A stretch of DNA of 64,000 bases from Nitrosopumilaceae archaeon (GTDB taxonomy: Archaea; Thermoproteota; Nitrososphaeria; Nitrososphaerales; Nitrosopumilaceae). This document shows, in pieces, positions 29,973-40,338 of the stretch. Made by a program: the position numbers and the translations under genes. Position 1 is the stretch's first letter; the number at the start of each line of letters is the position of its first letter. The stretch spans positions 2,092,696 to 2,156,695 of the forward strand of contig OZ242274.1 of NCBI GenBank assembly GCA_965207375.1, in the 5' to 3' direction. The notes beneath the pieces were generated by a model that worked only from the letters and a program-made list of their open reading frames with translations, had not been told where the DNA came from and searched no databases.

Positions 29973-30773
29973 TCAAAAGATGTTCTTAATAGCATCAAAG
30001 GCGCCTGGAACTGTATGAACCTTTGAGATGATATTTGTCACATCAAGTTTTTTTAGCTCATCAGCAGTAAAGGGGCCAATAGAAACAATTTTTGTTTTTT
30101 CCAGCTTCTCTAGTAATTTTTCTTTGGAATAATCTTTTTCCATAATTTCAAAAAATGCGCGAACAGAGGAGGCACTTGTAAAGACAATACCATCTATGCA
30201 GTCTTTGGAAAATAACTCTCGAAATTCATTCCATTGTGTTGTATCCCTAAACGCACATACATCATAAAGATGAATTTCTCTTACATCTAGACCTATTTTG
30301 TCTAGTAACTGTTTCAAAAATGGCGTAGATGCCCCACTTCGAGGCACTATAACCTTTTTTCCAACAGCTGCAAGTCTGGTTAAAACCTCCCCTATGCCAA
30401 CAGAGGAGTACGTCAAAGGCATGTGTGCCACACGGATGCTGTAATTTTCTAGTGCAGTTTTGGTTTTAGGTCCTACTGCTATGACAGTAGTGTTTGCTAC
30501 AGCAAGCTGCAGTTTTGCAAGCTTTGAGGTTTTTTTTGCAGTATCAAAGAGTAGTTTTACGGCTTTGGAGCTCATAAAGACAGAATAGTCAGGATCATAC
30601 TGTTCAATACAGCACAGAAATTCGTCGACAATTTTTTCTCCTTTGCTTACTAGCTCAATGGTTGGTAGGGGCAGCGGTTTTGCATTATCATTTTTAGCTA
30701 GTTGGATAAATTCTGCAGAATCCTCCCTTGAGCGGGTAATTGCTATTGTCTTGTCTTGTATCGTCATTTCCAA
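29973..30773 (-). CDS. hemD: Uroporphyrinogen-III synthase
   Basis: IAITR, AVGPKT, VFTSASSV, SIGPFT. Confidence 0.92.
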   Translation of the reverse strand: MEMTIQDKTIAITRSREDSAEFIQLAKNDNAKPLPLPTIELVSKGEKIVDEFLCCIEQYDPDYSVFMSSKAVKLLFDTAKKTSKLAKLQLAVANTTVIAVGPKTKTALENYSIRVAHMPLTYSSVGIGEVLTRLAAVGKKVIVPRSGASTPFLKQLLDKIGLDVREIHLYDVCAFRDTTQWNEFRELFSKDCIDGIVFTSASSVRAFFEIMEKDYSKEKLLEKLEKTKIVSIGPFTADELKKLDVTNIISKVHTVPGAFDAIKNIF

Positions 30774-31504
30774 CCTATCGTTTTTGACAAGTCAACTACA
30801 CTTCCTATAATAATATTGGCAGGGGGTTTGATTTTGTGAGATTTTGCCTTTCCTGCAATGTTTGTAACGGTTCCTAGAATCATTTTATGTTTTGGCGTGG
30901 TGCCGTTTTGAATTACTGCGACAGGGGTTTTTTTGTCCATGCCGCCTGCAACAAGCTGTTCACATATGATATCAATTCTTGATAATCCCATCATTATAAC
31001 AATAGTGTCAACTGACTTTGCAAGTCTTTTCCACCGTACTGCCTCGTTTTTCTTTTCAGGATCTTCATGTCCTGTCACAAAAACTACAGAAGAGGCATGC
31101 TTTCTATGAGTCAACGGAATTCCACTATACGTTGCAGAGCCCACACCCGAAGTAATGCCAGGTACAATTTCATATTTTATTTTATGGCTTTTTAGAAATT
31201 CTGCCTCCTCGCCTCCACGGCCAAAAATAATAGGATCTCCTCCCTTTAGTCTCACAACATGGCGTTTTGTTTTTGCGTATTGTATCATTAAATCATTTGT
31301 AGCATTTTGATGGGCAGTATCATCACCCACTGCGCGGCCCACGTATACTTTTTGTGCAGATTTTGAAATCATTGAAATTATTTTTTTGCTTACAAGCCTG
31401 TCATACAGAACAACATCTGCTTTTTGCAAAAGCTCAGCTGCACGCATTGTGATTAGTTTAGGATCGCCTGGACCTGCGCCTACCAGATACACCTTACCAC
31501 TCAT
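30764..31504 (-). CDS. cobA: Uroporphyrinogen-III C-methyltransferase
   Basis: VYLVGAGPGD, RLKGGDP..FGRGGEE, VPGITS; start at MSGKVY. Confidence 0.94.
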   Translation of the reverse strand: MSGKVYLVGAGPGDPKLITMRAAELLQKADVVLYDRLVSKKIISMISKSAQKVYVGRAVGDDTAHQNATNDLMIQYAKTKRHVVRLKGGDPIIFGRGGEEAEFLKSHKIKYEIVPGITSGVGSATYSGIPLTHRKHASSVVFVTGHEDPEKKNEAVRWKRLAKSVDTIVIMMGLSRIDIICEQLVAGGMDKKTPVAVIQNGTTPKHKMILGTVTNIAGKAKSHKIKPPANIIIGSVVDLSKTIGWK

Positions 31505-32436
31505 CTCTTGTTCCACTCCTCCACCTTTTGTCTCCAATTTAATGCAAGTTGGCTTACACCGTTATTTTGCAATTCCTTGCCTGCTTGTCTGCCTATCTCT
31601 ATTGCATCCTCTTTGGAACCTGATTTTTCTGCAAAAATTGAAATTTTTCCATCCACAGAGAATGCAGATACTTGAATGATTAATTTCTCATCATCAATCT
31701 TTGCATACGCACCTACTGGAAACCGACATCCAGAATCTACCATATCAGAGACTGCACGCTCTGCCTCTATTTCCAATCTACTATCAGGATCCTCTATTGA
31801 CTTGAGAATTGCCATTGTGGTTTCATCATCTTGCCTGCACACAACAGCAATTGCACCCTGTCCCGGAGAGGGGGAAAAATGTCTCGTGTCTAATACGTGA
31901 TATTTGACGTCAGAACCTAGTCTCAAAATTCCTGCTTTTGCCAAAACTATTGCATCAAAATCCCCATTTTGGACCTTGTCAATTCTAGTTTCAATATTGC
32001 CCCTAATCGGCCTGACCACGAGATCCGGTCGCATTGTTGAAACCTGTACTGCACGCCGCAAGCTGCTTGTTCCAACTATAGATTCAGGCAGAATCGATTC
32101 CAAGGTATCGTCGTTTTTTGAGATAAAAACATCATTTACCTGTTCACGTTTAGGAACACATGCAAGAGTCAGGCCTACAGGCAACTGTGAGGGAACATCC
32201 TTTAGACTGTGAATTGCAAAATCTACCTTTTTTTCAGAAACTGCCCTGTCTATCTCTTTTTCAAAGATTCCCTTTTGATCAATTGCAAAGAGTGGCCTAG
32301 CATCAGTATCGCCTTTGGTAGTAATTGTCTGTATCATAAAATTATGTTCTGGATTTTTTTGTTTTATTTGCCGTATAACCCAATTTGTCTGAGATATGGA
32401 CAATTTACTTCCGCGTGTGCCTATTTTAAAATTCAA
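31501..32436 (-). CDS. hemC: Porphobilinogen deaminase
   Basis: IGTRGSKL, HSLKDVP, GTSSLRR, IRGNIETR. Confidence 0.96.
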   Translation of the reverse strand: MNFKIGTRGSKLSISQTNWVIRQIKQKNPEHNFMIQTITTKGDTDARPLFAIDQKGIFEKEIDRAVSEKKVDFAIHSLKDVPSQLPVGLTLACVPKREQVNDVFISKNDDTLESILPESIVGTSSLRRAVQVSTMRPDLVVRPIRGNIETRIDKVQNGDFDAIVLAKAGILRLGSDVKYHVLDTRHFSPSPGQGAIAVVCRQDDETTMAILKSIEDPDSRLEIEAERAVSDMVDSGCRFPVGAYAKIDDEKLIIQVSAFSVDGKISIFAEKSGSKEDAIEIGRQAGKELQNNGVSQLALNWRQKVEEWNKR

Positions 32437-33710
32437 TTTTTCACCACTTTAAGAGCTGTCTGGTATGCATTTACTGCCTTGTTCAGATCAGTATCAGTAT
32501 GTGCATCGGAAATAAAAACAACCTCAAATTGGGATGGGGCTATAAATATACCCTGTTTTAGAAGGGAATAAAACAGAATTTGGAACTTTTTTGTGTCTGC
32601 AGCTTTGCAGGTAGTATAATCAACAACTGGCGCATTTGAAAAAAACACCTGCATCATCGAGGAGGCAAAATTTATCTGATGTGGGATCTTCAGATCCGTT
32701 GCAATGTCATCTATGGCCTTTGAGAGTCGTGCACAATATCGCTCAAGTTTTGGATACAGCCTGTTTTTGATTTTGTTCATGGTTTGAATCGAGCTGATTG
32801 CAGCAGAAACTGCCACCGGATTTCCTGCAAACGTGCTTGCCTGATATACATTTCCTGCAGGGGATAGCAAATCCATAATGTCACGTCTTCCACCTACTGC
32901 AGCAATTGCAAATCCGTTGCCTAGTGCTTTTGCAAGGGTTGTAATGTCAGGCTTTATTCCAAAGAATTTTTGTGCACCTCCGGGAGAAACCCGGAATCCT
33001 GTTACTATCTCATCAAAAATTAACGGTACATTGTGTTTTTTAGTTATTTTTCTAATATTGTGGAGGAAATTTTTTTCAGGCAGAATCAAACCCATGTTTG
33101 CCAAAATAGGCTCTACAATCACACCTGCAATGTCTTTGTTTTTTAATAAAACTGCCTCAAACTCTTGGGAATCATTATACGGTACTACAAGGGTGTTTTT
33201 TGAGATTTCGTCTAGTCCGCCATCAGATATTGAAATACCATTATGTGCAGAACCAGAACCTGCCTTGACTAGGACAGAGTCGTGAGCACCGTGATAGCAT
33301 CCTTCAAATTTTACAATCTTTTTATTTTTTGTAAATCCACGAGCTAGTCTAATTGCAGTCATTGTAGCTTCAGAGCCAGTATTTACCAGCCGTACTTTGC
33401 TCATGGAGGGAAAATTGCTTTTGATTAATTTTGATAGTTGGACTTCTTGTTCGGTTGGTGCGCAGTATAGTGTTCCCCTGGATAGCTGTTTTGTTACAGC
33501 ATTTATGATCTCTTTTCTCCTGTGGCCTAAAAGTAACGCACCATATCCATTGCAAAAATCAATGTAACGTGTATTATCTGCATCCCAAATAGAGCTGCCA
33601 TCAGACTTTTTGACAAAAAACGGATACGGTTCAAAATATCTGACTGGGCTGTTTACCCCAGATGGGATCACCTTCTTGGCATCTGCAAACAGCTTTTTAG
33701 ATTTTGACAC
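32433..33710 (-). CDS. hemL: Glutamate-1-semialdehyde aminomutase
   Basis: GVNSPVR, KFEGCYHG, FDEIVTGFR, PSQFE. Confidence 0.96.
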   Translation of the reverse strand: MSKSKKLFADAKKVIPSGVNSPVRYFEPYPFFVKKSDGSSIWDADNTRYIDFCNGYGALLLGHRRKEIINAVTKQLSRGTLYCAPTEQEVQLSKLIKSNFPSMSKVRLVNTGSEATMTAIRLARGFTKNKKIVKFEGCYHGAHDSVLVKAGSGSAHNGISISDGGLDEISKNTLVVPYNDSQEFEAVLLKNKDIAGVIVEPILANMGLILPEKNFLHNIRKITKKHNVPLIFDEIVTGFRVSPGGAQKFFGIKPDITTLAKALGNGFAIAAVGGRRDIMDLLSPAGNVYQASTFAGNPVAVSAAISSIQTMNKIKNRLYPKLERYCARLSKAIDDIATDLKIPHQINFASSMMQVFFSNAPVVDYTTCKAADTKKFQILFYSLLKQGIFIAPSQFEVVFISDAHTDTDLNKAVNAYQTALKVVKN

Positions 33711-33977
33711 ACCACAAGTGGATGTTAGTTATTATTATTCGTAAGCCGATTTTGTTACCTGCTGCAAATAAAATATTTGCATTATCAACTCTATTGAGGC
33801 ACAATAAAGAAACAGGGTTTGTGATTCAATATGGTTTTTGCATGTTTGAGTCTAGACTTTTTTGGCATGTCTTGAGGTTCTAGTTAGAATCGTCATTTTA
33901 AAACAGCCTCGGCAGTTACAAAAAAATAATCATTTCCAAAGCATTTGCACCTGCGTAAAAATTTATGCCGCCTAATC

Positions 33978-34658
33978 CTAGCCTTTTTTTGTCAATCTTA
34001 TACAAGCAAATTTTTTTCGAAACATAAAGGCAACTGCGCCCGTACCCACAAAGGTAGCACTCCAATACAGCCACAAATCATCAAATATACCAGAAAGTAG
34101 TGCAGGTGCAAATGCACGTGCCGGATTCATCGATGCACCTGATATCACTGCTAAAAAGAAAATATCCAGACCTACAATTCCACCTATTGCAACTCCACTA
34201 AAACCCTTCAAACCCCTAGTGTACACCACAACAAAAATCACAGCCATCAGCAGGCCGGTAGCCAATACCTCTACAGGAAAAATCAGCGTCACAGGATATT
34301 TGTAATTTGGTGCATTAGCTCCAAGATTAGACTCTGAACCTATCACCGACATGACAAACAATGATCCTAGAACCGCACCTATGAGTTCTGCTGCAAAATA
34401 ATACAAAATTTGTACTTTTGAAATATGTCCTGTTATAAAATAGCCAATGGTCACAGCAGGATTAAAGTGTGCCATTGAGATTTTTCCAAACAGATAGACT
34501 CCAATTGCAACACCTACAAAGGGGGCAAATGCGACAAACGGAAGTCCCAAAAGGCCTCCCAATTGTGCATCTAGCACAACAGAACCTGTAGCACAAACAA
34601 CTACAATAAAGGTCCCAATCAATTCAACTACAAAGATTTTACGGTTTGAGGAATCCAT
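33978..34658 (-). CDS. MIP-family aquaporin/aquaglyceroporin, probably arsenite channel
   Basis: HFNPAVT and SMNPAR motifs; co-oriented with arsC. Confidence 0.88.
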   Translation of the reverse strand: MDSSNRKIFVVELIGTFIVVVCATGSVVLDAQLGGLLGLPFVAFAPFVGVAIGVYLFGKISMAHFNPAVTIGYFITGHISKVQILYYFAAELIGAVLGSLFVMSVIGSESNLGANAPNYKYPVTLIFPVEVLATGLLMAVIFVVVYTRGLKGFSGVAIGGIVGLDIFFLAVISGASMNPARAFAPALLSGIFDDLWLYWSATFVGTGAVAFMFRKKFACIRLTKKG

Positions 34659-34659
34659 C

Positions 34660-35073
34660 TTAATTGTTACCTAGTTTTTTTACAAGTTTTTTTATCTGTG
34701 ATTCGATTTCATCACGAATTTTTCTTACATCATCAATTGATTTTCCACTTGGATCAGAAATATTCCAATTAATCACATCATCTACAAACAGGGCAGGACA
34801 CGACTCTGCATCCATGCATCCCATGTTTACTATAATCTTAGAGTCTGCAATTATTTTATCTGAAATAATTTTTGGTGTTTTAGAGGTCAAGTCAATTCCG
34901 ATTTCAGCCATCGCCTCAACTGCAACAGGGTTTATCTCAGGGCCAGGTTTTGTTCCAGCACTAGATGCAGTTAGTTTTTTTGCATATTTTTGAAAAAACG
35001 CCTCTGCCATCTGGCTTCTACCGGCATTTTCCACACAGGTAAAAAGCACATCGGTACTAGGCACAAATATCAT
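34660..35073 (-). CDS. arsC: Arsenate reductase (LMW-PTP fold)
   Basis: CVENAGRSQMAE, MGC..ESCP, DP; start may be GTG at 35064. Confidence 0.87.
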   Translation of the reverse strand: MIFVPSTDVLFTCVENAGRSQMAEAFFQKYAKKLTASSAGTKPGPEINPVAVEAMAEIGIDLTSKTPKIISDKIIADSKIIVNMGCMDAESCPALFVDDVINWNISDPSGKSIDDVRKIRDEIESQIKKLVKKLGNN

Positions 35074-35107
35074 ATAAATAGAAGTTTATATAAATCTAAA
35101 TTGATAT
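35072..35107. promoter_or_regulatory. Tandem putative ArsR operators in the divergent arsC/arsR promoter
   Basis: ATATAAA-n6-TTTATAT (35072-35091) overlapping ATATAAA-n6-TTGATAT (35088-35107). Confidence 0.55.
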
Positions 35108-35405
35108 GAATGGAATAAATCTGCTAAAATGCATATGTGATGAGACCAGATTCGAGATCCTAGAAAGGATGCAAAAATCACAAGAGTTGTGCGTTAGTGA
35201 CTTTGTAGAGTCTATGAAAAAAGATCAGCCGCTGATTTCACACCATCTAAAAACCCTCAAAAATTGTGGAATTATAAAATCACGTGGACAGGGCAAAAAA
35301 ATAATGTACAGTATAGCAAATGACAAACTAGCAAAATTAATATCTAGTATCACAAAGACTAGCAAAGAAATTCCCACATTATGTAACACAGAATCCTGTT
35401 GTTAG
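35106..35405 (+). CDS. arsR: ArsR/SmtB transcriptional regulator
   Basis: DETRFEIL, LCVSD, QPLISHHLKTL, C-terminal CNTESCC. Confidence 0.9.
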   Translation: MNGINLLKCICDETRFEILERMQKSQELCVSDFVESMKKDQPLISHHLKTLKNCGIIKSRGQGKKIMYSIANDKLAKLISSITKTSKEIPTLCNTESCC

Positions 35406-35707
35406 GTAAACTTTTCAGGCCGGACAACTTTTACATCAGAGACGTAAACTATAACTACAAAATCCGAAAACATGGTTCGCGCAATCTCCTCAACGATATC
35501 ACCACACTTGTTTTCAGGCAGGATGGTTTCAATTTTGATGTTTTTTTCATTTTGAAATCCTTGGCCGCGAGTTCCTTTGGATCCTTTTCCGTCTACCTCA
35601 TATGAGGTATATCCAGATACGCTGTGTTTGTTTAAAATGTCAATCACGTTAGGCTTTGCCAAAATTTCACATGTTACTGTGAGTAATTTTGTATTGTACA
35701 GCTTCAT
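35402..35707 (-). CDS. sbtB: PII-like protein SbtB
   Basis: SGYT..GKGSKG, NIKIETI, VVRPEKF; overlaps sbtA. Confidence 0.85.
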   Translation of the reverse strand: MKLYNTKLLTVTCEILAKPNVIDILNKHSVSGYTSYEVDGKGSKGTRGQGFQNEKNIKIETILPENKCGDIVEEIARTMFSDFVVIVYVSDVKVVRPEKFT

Positions 35708-36792
35708 GTAAATACATCACCAAGATAACCCATTAAGTCTATTGATATCTCCAGATCATGAATTCCAGAAGATATTGCAAACATGATTGGCAAAAGCACG
35801 ATAATATTGTAAGGAAATGTAATTCCTAGTGCAGATGTAATGTACAAACTAGGTTTTGCCTGAGGTATGGCATGACGCAAAACAGCAGGGGCTGCAATAA
35901 ATGAGGCACTAGCAAGCAATAGTCCAAACATTACAGCACCTCCCAAGCTCAGTCCCAGAACAGTTGCAACCAAGACCCCGACAATTCCATTAAACGTAGG
36001 CATAATTATTGAGAATGCAACCAAAAAGGCCCCTACCTCTTTGATATCGCCTAGTCGCTGACCTGCTATTATTCCCATCTCTAAAAGAAATATCACTATG
36101 GCCCCAACAAACAACTCTTCAAATACGATAGATATTGGACCAAACCCTTCATCTCCAATGATGTATCCTATTACAATACCGCCCAAAAGAATCACGATTG
36201 CCTTGCCTGTAACAGACTCTTTGAGTACCTGAGACATTTTAGCAGACGTTTGTTTTAATCCAAGATCACCTGATTCTATATCAGAATCTTTTGCAAAACC
36301 CTGTTTCTTTTCTTTGAGTGCCTTTGCAACTGCCATGTTTGTCATAAAAATTGCCAAGATAAATGCAACCGGCTCTAAAACGGCCAAGATTGCAGCCAGG
36401 TACCCTTCAGAGGAGACACCCTGATTTTGTAAAAATGACAGCCCCACAGAAAAGGTAACGGCTCCTACTGCACCATAAGTTGATGCTAGCGCATACGAGT
36501 CAAACAGATTGAATTTTCCCAGTCTGCGCAAAATTTGATAATGATTCAAGGTAAAGACTAGAGAGAGGGCAATTGCAACAAGCATTGGAATAAGCATGTT
36601 TTCAAAACCTGTATTTCGCATCTCGATTCCTCCATGTAGGCCTATTGCAGCAAGCAGGTAAATTGGTAGAAATTCAGAAACTGCTTCGGGAATTTTAAGA
36701 TCAGATTTTATTCGAGCAGCTATAATCCCTAAAAGAAAAAACAGTACAATTGGCGTTAAAATATTTGCCTGAATAATTCCAAAAATATCCAT
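35704..36792 (-). CDS. sbtA: Na+-dependent bicarbonate transporter SbtA
   Basis: IKSDLKIP, FLLEMG, ASASFIAAPA, LGITFPYNI. Confidence 0.9.
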   Translation of the reverse strand: MDIFGIIQANILTPIVLFFLLGIIAARIKSDLKIPEAVSEFLPIYLLAAIGLHGGIEMRNTGFENMLIPMLVAIALSLVFTLNHYQILRRLGKFNLFDSYALASTYGAVGAVTFSVGLSFLQNQGVSSEGYLAAILAVLEPVAFILAIFMTNMAVAKALKEKKQGFAKDSDIESGDLGLKQTSAKMSQVLKESVTGKAIVILLGGIVIGYIIGDEGFGPISIVFEELFVGAIVIFLLEMGIIAGQRLGDIKEVGAFLVAFSIIMPTFNGIVGVLVATVLGLSLGGAVMFGLLLASASFIAAPAVLRHAIPQAKPSLYITSALGITFPYNIIVLLPIMFAISSGIHDLEISIDLMGYLGDVFT

Positions 36793-36826
36793 GTAACCAT
36801 GTTAAAAAATATCTGTATATAGATGA

Positions 36827-37492
36827 TTAAATTTCCCTGCCTTTAGTGTGAGATGCTATTCTCTCCTCACTTGGTCTGTGTTTACCGGTAACAATGTAAT
36901 TTATTGCATCACTCATAAATACGGCATGATCACCGATTCTCTCCAGATATCTCAAAAGTAGGGCTTCAGCAAGCGCACACTTTGTGTTATTAGAATTGAT
37001 TAGCTTGGGCAATCTGTCACGATATATCTTGTCAATGAATTCTTCATCTGCACGGATTTTTACTGCCTTGCGAACATCAAGCTCTGCAAAGGATAACACT
37101 GCTGCCTTTATCATGTGTTTTACCTTCTTTGATGACTCTATTAGCGATGCGTTTTTGCACTCTGAGATATCTCCAAAGAGATCACGTACTAGAGTAATAT
37201 CATAGGCATATCTGCTGAATCTAGCAAAGGCATATGATATTTCAGTCGATGAGCGAATCAGCCTGAAATCATCGGCTACAGGCTGATACTTTAACAACAT
37301 GTCAAAGGTCAGATCTTCTACCTCAAAATATTTGGTACGTATTGCATTAGATAATACAAGTACCTTCTCAGATGTGTTTGTACCCTCAAGGTACGAGTCT
37401 AGTGCAAGAGATATTGATTCAGTCACCATGTCTCCCATTTCTGCCATGATAAAGGACAGTTTCTGTAGTGAAGAGTCTATTAGTCGAGTCAT
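36827..37492 (-). CDS. phoU: Phosphate transport regulator PhoU
   Basis: YQPVADDFR, RYLERIGDHA. Confidence 0.9.
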   Translation of the reverse strand: MTRLIDSSLQKLSFIMAEMGDMVTESISLALDSYLEGTNTSEKVLVLSNAIRTKYFEVEDLTFDMLLKYQPVADDFRLIRSSTEISYAFARFSRYAYDITLVRDLFGDISECKNASLIESSKKVKHMIKAAVLSFAELDVRKAVKIRADEEFIDKIYRDRLPKLINSNNTKCALAEALLLRYLERIGDHAVFMSDAINYIVTGKHRPSEERIASHTKGREI

Positions 37493-38338
37493 TTAACCAA
37501 ATTGGCCTTGCACATATTTAGCAGTTAGATCATTTTTAGGATCTTCGAAGAGCTTTTTTGTTTCTCTAAACTCGATTAGGTCTCCAAGATACATAAATCC
37601 GGTATAATCAGAAACACGAACTGCCTGCTGCATGTTGTGTGTTACTATAATTATTGTAAAGTCCTTTTTTAGCTCAGTTATGGTCTCTTCGATTTTTTGT
37701 GTGGCAATTGGGTCTAATGCAGAGGCTGGTTCGTCCATCAGCAACACCTCAGGCTGAATTGCTAGCGCCCTTGCAATACAGAGGCGCTGCTGTTGGCCGC
37801 CGGATAGCTCAATTGCTGATTTTTTCAAATCGTTTTTTACCTCATCCCACAGGTACGCCATTTTAAGAGAGTCCTCAACAATTTCGTTGAGGATTTTTTT
37901 ATCCTTTACGCCGTTTAGTTTCAGACCAGATGTCACGTTATCATAGATGGACATTGTCGGAAATGGATTTGGCTTTTGAAACACCATTCCTACCTTTCTT
38001 CTGTGATATATTGGATTAATGTCATTTGAGTACAAATCAATGTCGTCAATCATCACCTTGCCTCTGACCTTGGCATTCTTTGTCATGTCGTGCATTCTGT
38101 TTAGACATCTAAGAAATGTGGTTTTTCCACAGCCTGATGGACCAATTAGTGCAGTTACAGATCTTTCTGGAAACTTCATATTGATGTTTCGTACCGCATC
38201 AACTCCACTATACGAGATGGTCACATCTTGAGCTACCATTTTGTATTTGGTTTTATCAATTGGATCATTATTCATTGTAGGTCTAGTTGCTATGGGCTCA
38301 GATTCTATTGCTTTTGTTTCTATCGACAACGCCATCAT
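37493..38338 (-). CDS. pstB: Phosphate ABC transporter ATPase
   Basis: GPSGCGKT, FQKPNPFP, LSGGQQQRLCIAR, DEPASALDP. Confidence 0.96.
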   Translation of the reverse strand: MMALSIETKAIESEPIATRPTMNNDPIDKTKYKMVAQDVTISYSGVDAVRNINMKFPERSVTALIGPSGCGKTTFLRCLNRMHDMTKNAKVRGKVMIDDIDLYSNDINPIYHRRKVGMVFQKPNPFPTMSIYDNVTSGLKLNGVKDKKILNEIVEDSLKMAYLWDEVKNDLKKSAIELSGGQQQRLCIARALAIQPEVLLMDEPASALDPIATQKIEETITELKKDFTIIIVTHNMQQAVRVSDYTGFMYLGDLIEFRETKKLFEDPKNDLTAKYVQGQFG

Positions 38339-39264
38339 CTTCTACCCATAGCCCTAAGAAAAAGTATTCTGCCCTTGGCAGAAAATTTCGAGTTATCTCC
38401 AAGCACAGTGTATCTGACTACCAAATTAATTATCATAATTATTATAATTAAGACAAGAGCTGCGCCCCATCCGTGTTCCTGTGCGCCCTCATAAGGCAGC
38501 AACGACATTGTCCAGATTCTAAGAGGTAAGGCATCCATAGGTACGTCAAATCCACCAAAAAATTGACTGCTTCCAAGTATGGTAAACAGTAAAGGGGCAG
38601 TCTCCCCGCTGATTCGAGACACTGCCAAAAGTATGCCTGTGATCATTCCACTTTTTGCAGCAGATATTACGATTCTAGTGGTAATTACCCATCTTTTGAG
38701 TCCCAAGGCAACTCCTGCCTCACGATAAGTATATGGAACCATTTTGAGTGACTCTTCTGTAGTTCGCGTAACAATTGGGAACATTATCAAGGCAAGAGCA
38801 AAGGCACCTGCCCAAATTGAAAAGTGGCCCAACACCAACACAATTAGCAAAAATGCAAATATTCCAATTACAATTGAGGGAAATTCCATAAAGACATCAT
38901 TGAAGAATCTGACTGTACGTGCAAGTTTGTTGTCTCCAAATTCTGCAAGAAATATGCCTGACATGACACCTATTGGAACACCTAGTAGGCTGGCCATACC
39001 TACAACAATGAATGTACCTTGGATTGCAGGCCCGATTCCACCCTCTCCGCTTCCTACTGCACCAGGAACCTCGGTCAAAAATTCAATGCTAAGGGCTGTA
39101 ACTCCGTTTCTTACAACCTCAATTAGAATACTGCCCAACGGGACAATTGCCACGATAACTGTTACAAAGATGATAACTCGGACTATTTTGTCCATTACGA
39201 GTCGATTCTTGACGTTTTCTCTAAACAGGGAGCGATAGAACTGGCGTCTTGCCTGATCAGTCAA
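38335..39264 (-). CDS. pstA: Phosphate ABC transporter permease PstA
   Basis: PSIVIG, RTTEESL, SRISGETAPL. Confidence 0.94.
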   Translation of the reverse strand: MTDQARRQFYRSLFRENVKNRLVMDKIVRVIIFVTVIVAIVPLGSILIEVVRNGVTALSIEFLTEVPGAVGSGEGGIGPAIQGTFIVVGMASLLGVPIGVMSGIFLAEFGDNKLARTVRFFNDVFMEFPSIVIGIFAFLLIVLVLGHFSIWAGAFALALIMFPIVTRTTEESLKMVPYTYREAGVALGLKRWVITTRIVISAAKSGMITGILLAVSRISGETAPLLFTILGSSQFFGGFDVPMDALPLRIWTMSLLPYEGAQEHGWGAALVLIIIIMIINLVVRYTVLGDNSKFSAKGRILFLRAMGRR

Positions 39265-40223
39265 TTGTTAATGGCGCCCTCCTTGACTTTTAACATTCGT
39301 GTTACAAGCATGTGTGCAACCACGTTTATGGTCATTGCAAGACCAAGTAGAATCAGGGCCAGACCAAGCAATGCAGGAACCTGTAGGGTTCCAGGAGTAG
39401 CCTCGGCAAATTCATTTGCCAAAATACTGGCAATGGATTGGGCAGGATCAAACAAAGTGCCCACAATTGCGCGTTCTCCGATGGCATTGCCAATCAACAT
39501 GGTAACTGCCATAGTTTCGCCAACTGCGCGACCCAAGCCGAGAATGGATGCGCCAATCAGACCGGTTTTAGAATATGGAAAAACTGCAAGTTTGAACATT
39601 TCCCATTTGGTGGCTCCAAGCATGTATGCAGCCTCCTTTTGCTGCTGTGGTACTGCCTTCATAATCTCTCTAGAGACTGCAGAGACTGTTGGAATTATCA
39701 TAATTGCCAAAATTATACTTGCAGTTAGAATGTCCAAGCCAAAGGGACGTGAATCTAAGAACCAAACATAGTCGCCAAATGTTTCATAAAGCGGCATCTC
39801 AAAGTTGTCGCGGAAAAATTCCCTGAAAATAAACAGTCCCCACAATCCATAGATCACACTAGGAACGGCTGCAAGTAGTTCTACAATAAAGCCTAGAGGG
39901 GCACCAATTTTTGGTGGGGCGTCTGAGAGAAACATTGCAATTCCAATGCTTATTGGAACGCCGATTGCCATTGCAAGTCCTGCTGTAACCAAGGTACCAA
40001 AGATGTAAGGTAGTGCGCCAAATGATTCCCTTCCCTCCACTGCATTCCAATCAGTTTTTGTGATAAAGGAGAGTCCATCTTCTTCCCAGATGGGCCAAGA
40101 TTCAGTTGTTAGTTGAAAAACCATCAAGACGATCATTACTAAAACAAAGACACCTGCAAGCATAGAACCCATTTTGAATAATCTGTCAGATATGGGATTA
40201 CGCTGTTTGATTTGTGATATCAT
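39261..40223 (-). CDS. pstC: Phosphate ABC transporter permease PstC
   Basis: ELLAAVPSVIYGLWG, GRAVGETMAV. Confidence 0.94.
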   Translation of the reverse strand: MISQIKQRNPISDRLFKMGSMLAGVFVLVMIVLMVFQLTTESWPIWEEDGLSFITKTDWNAVEGRESFGALPYIFGTLVTAGLAMAIGVPISIGIAMFLSDAPPKIGAPLGFIVELLAAVPSVIYGLWGLFIFREFFRDNFEMPLYETFGDYVWFLDSRPFGLDILTASIILAIMIIPTVSAVSREIMKAVPQQQKEAAYMLGATKWEMFKLAVFPYSKTGLIGASILGLGRAVGETMAVTMLIGNAIGERAIVGTLFDPAQSIASILANEFAEATPGTLQVPALLGLALILLGLAMTINVVAHMLVTRMLKVKEGAINN

Positions 40224-40338
40224 AAAATATTGCCAAAACTGACAGATATCTAGTATCTGACTATACTTTATGCGAAGATTATATGGCTATATAGATCATC
40301 TACTAAATTGTAATTTCCAATCGATCTAAACTAAAAAC

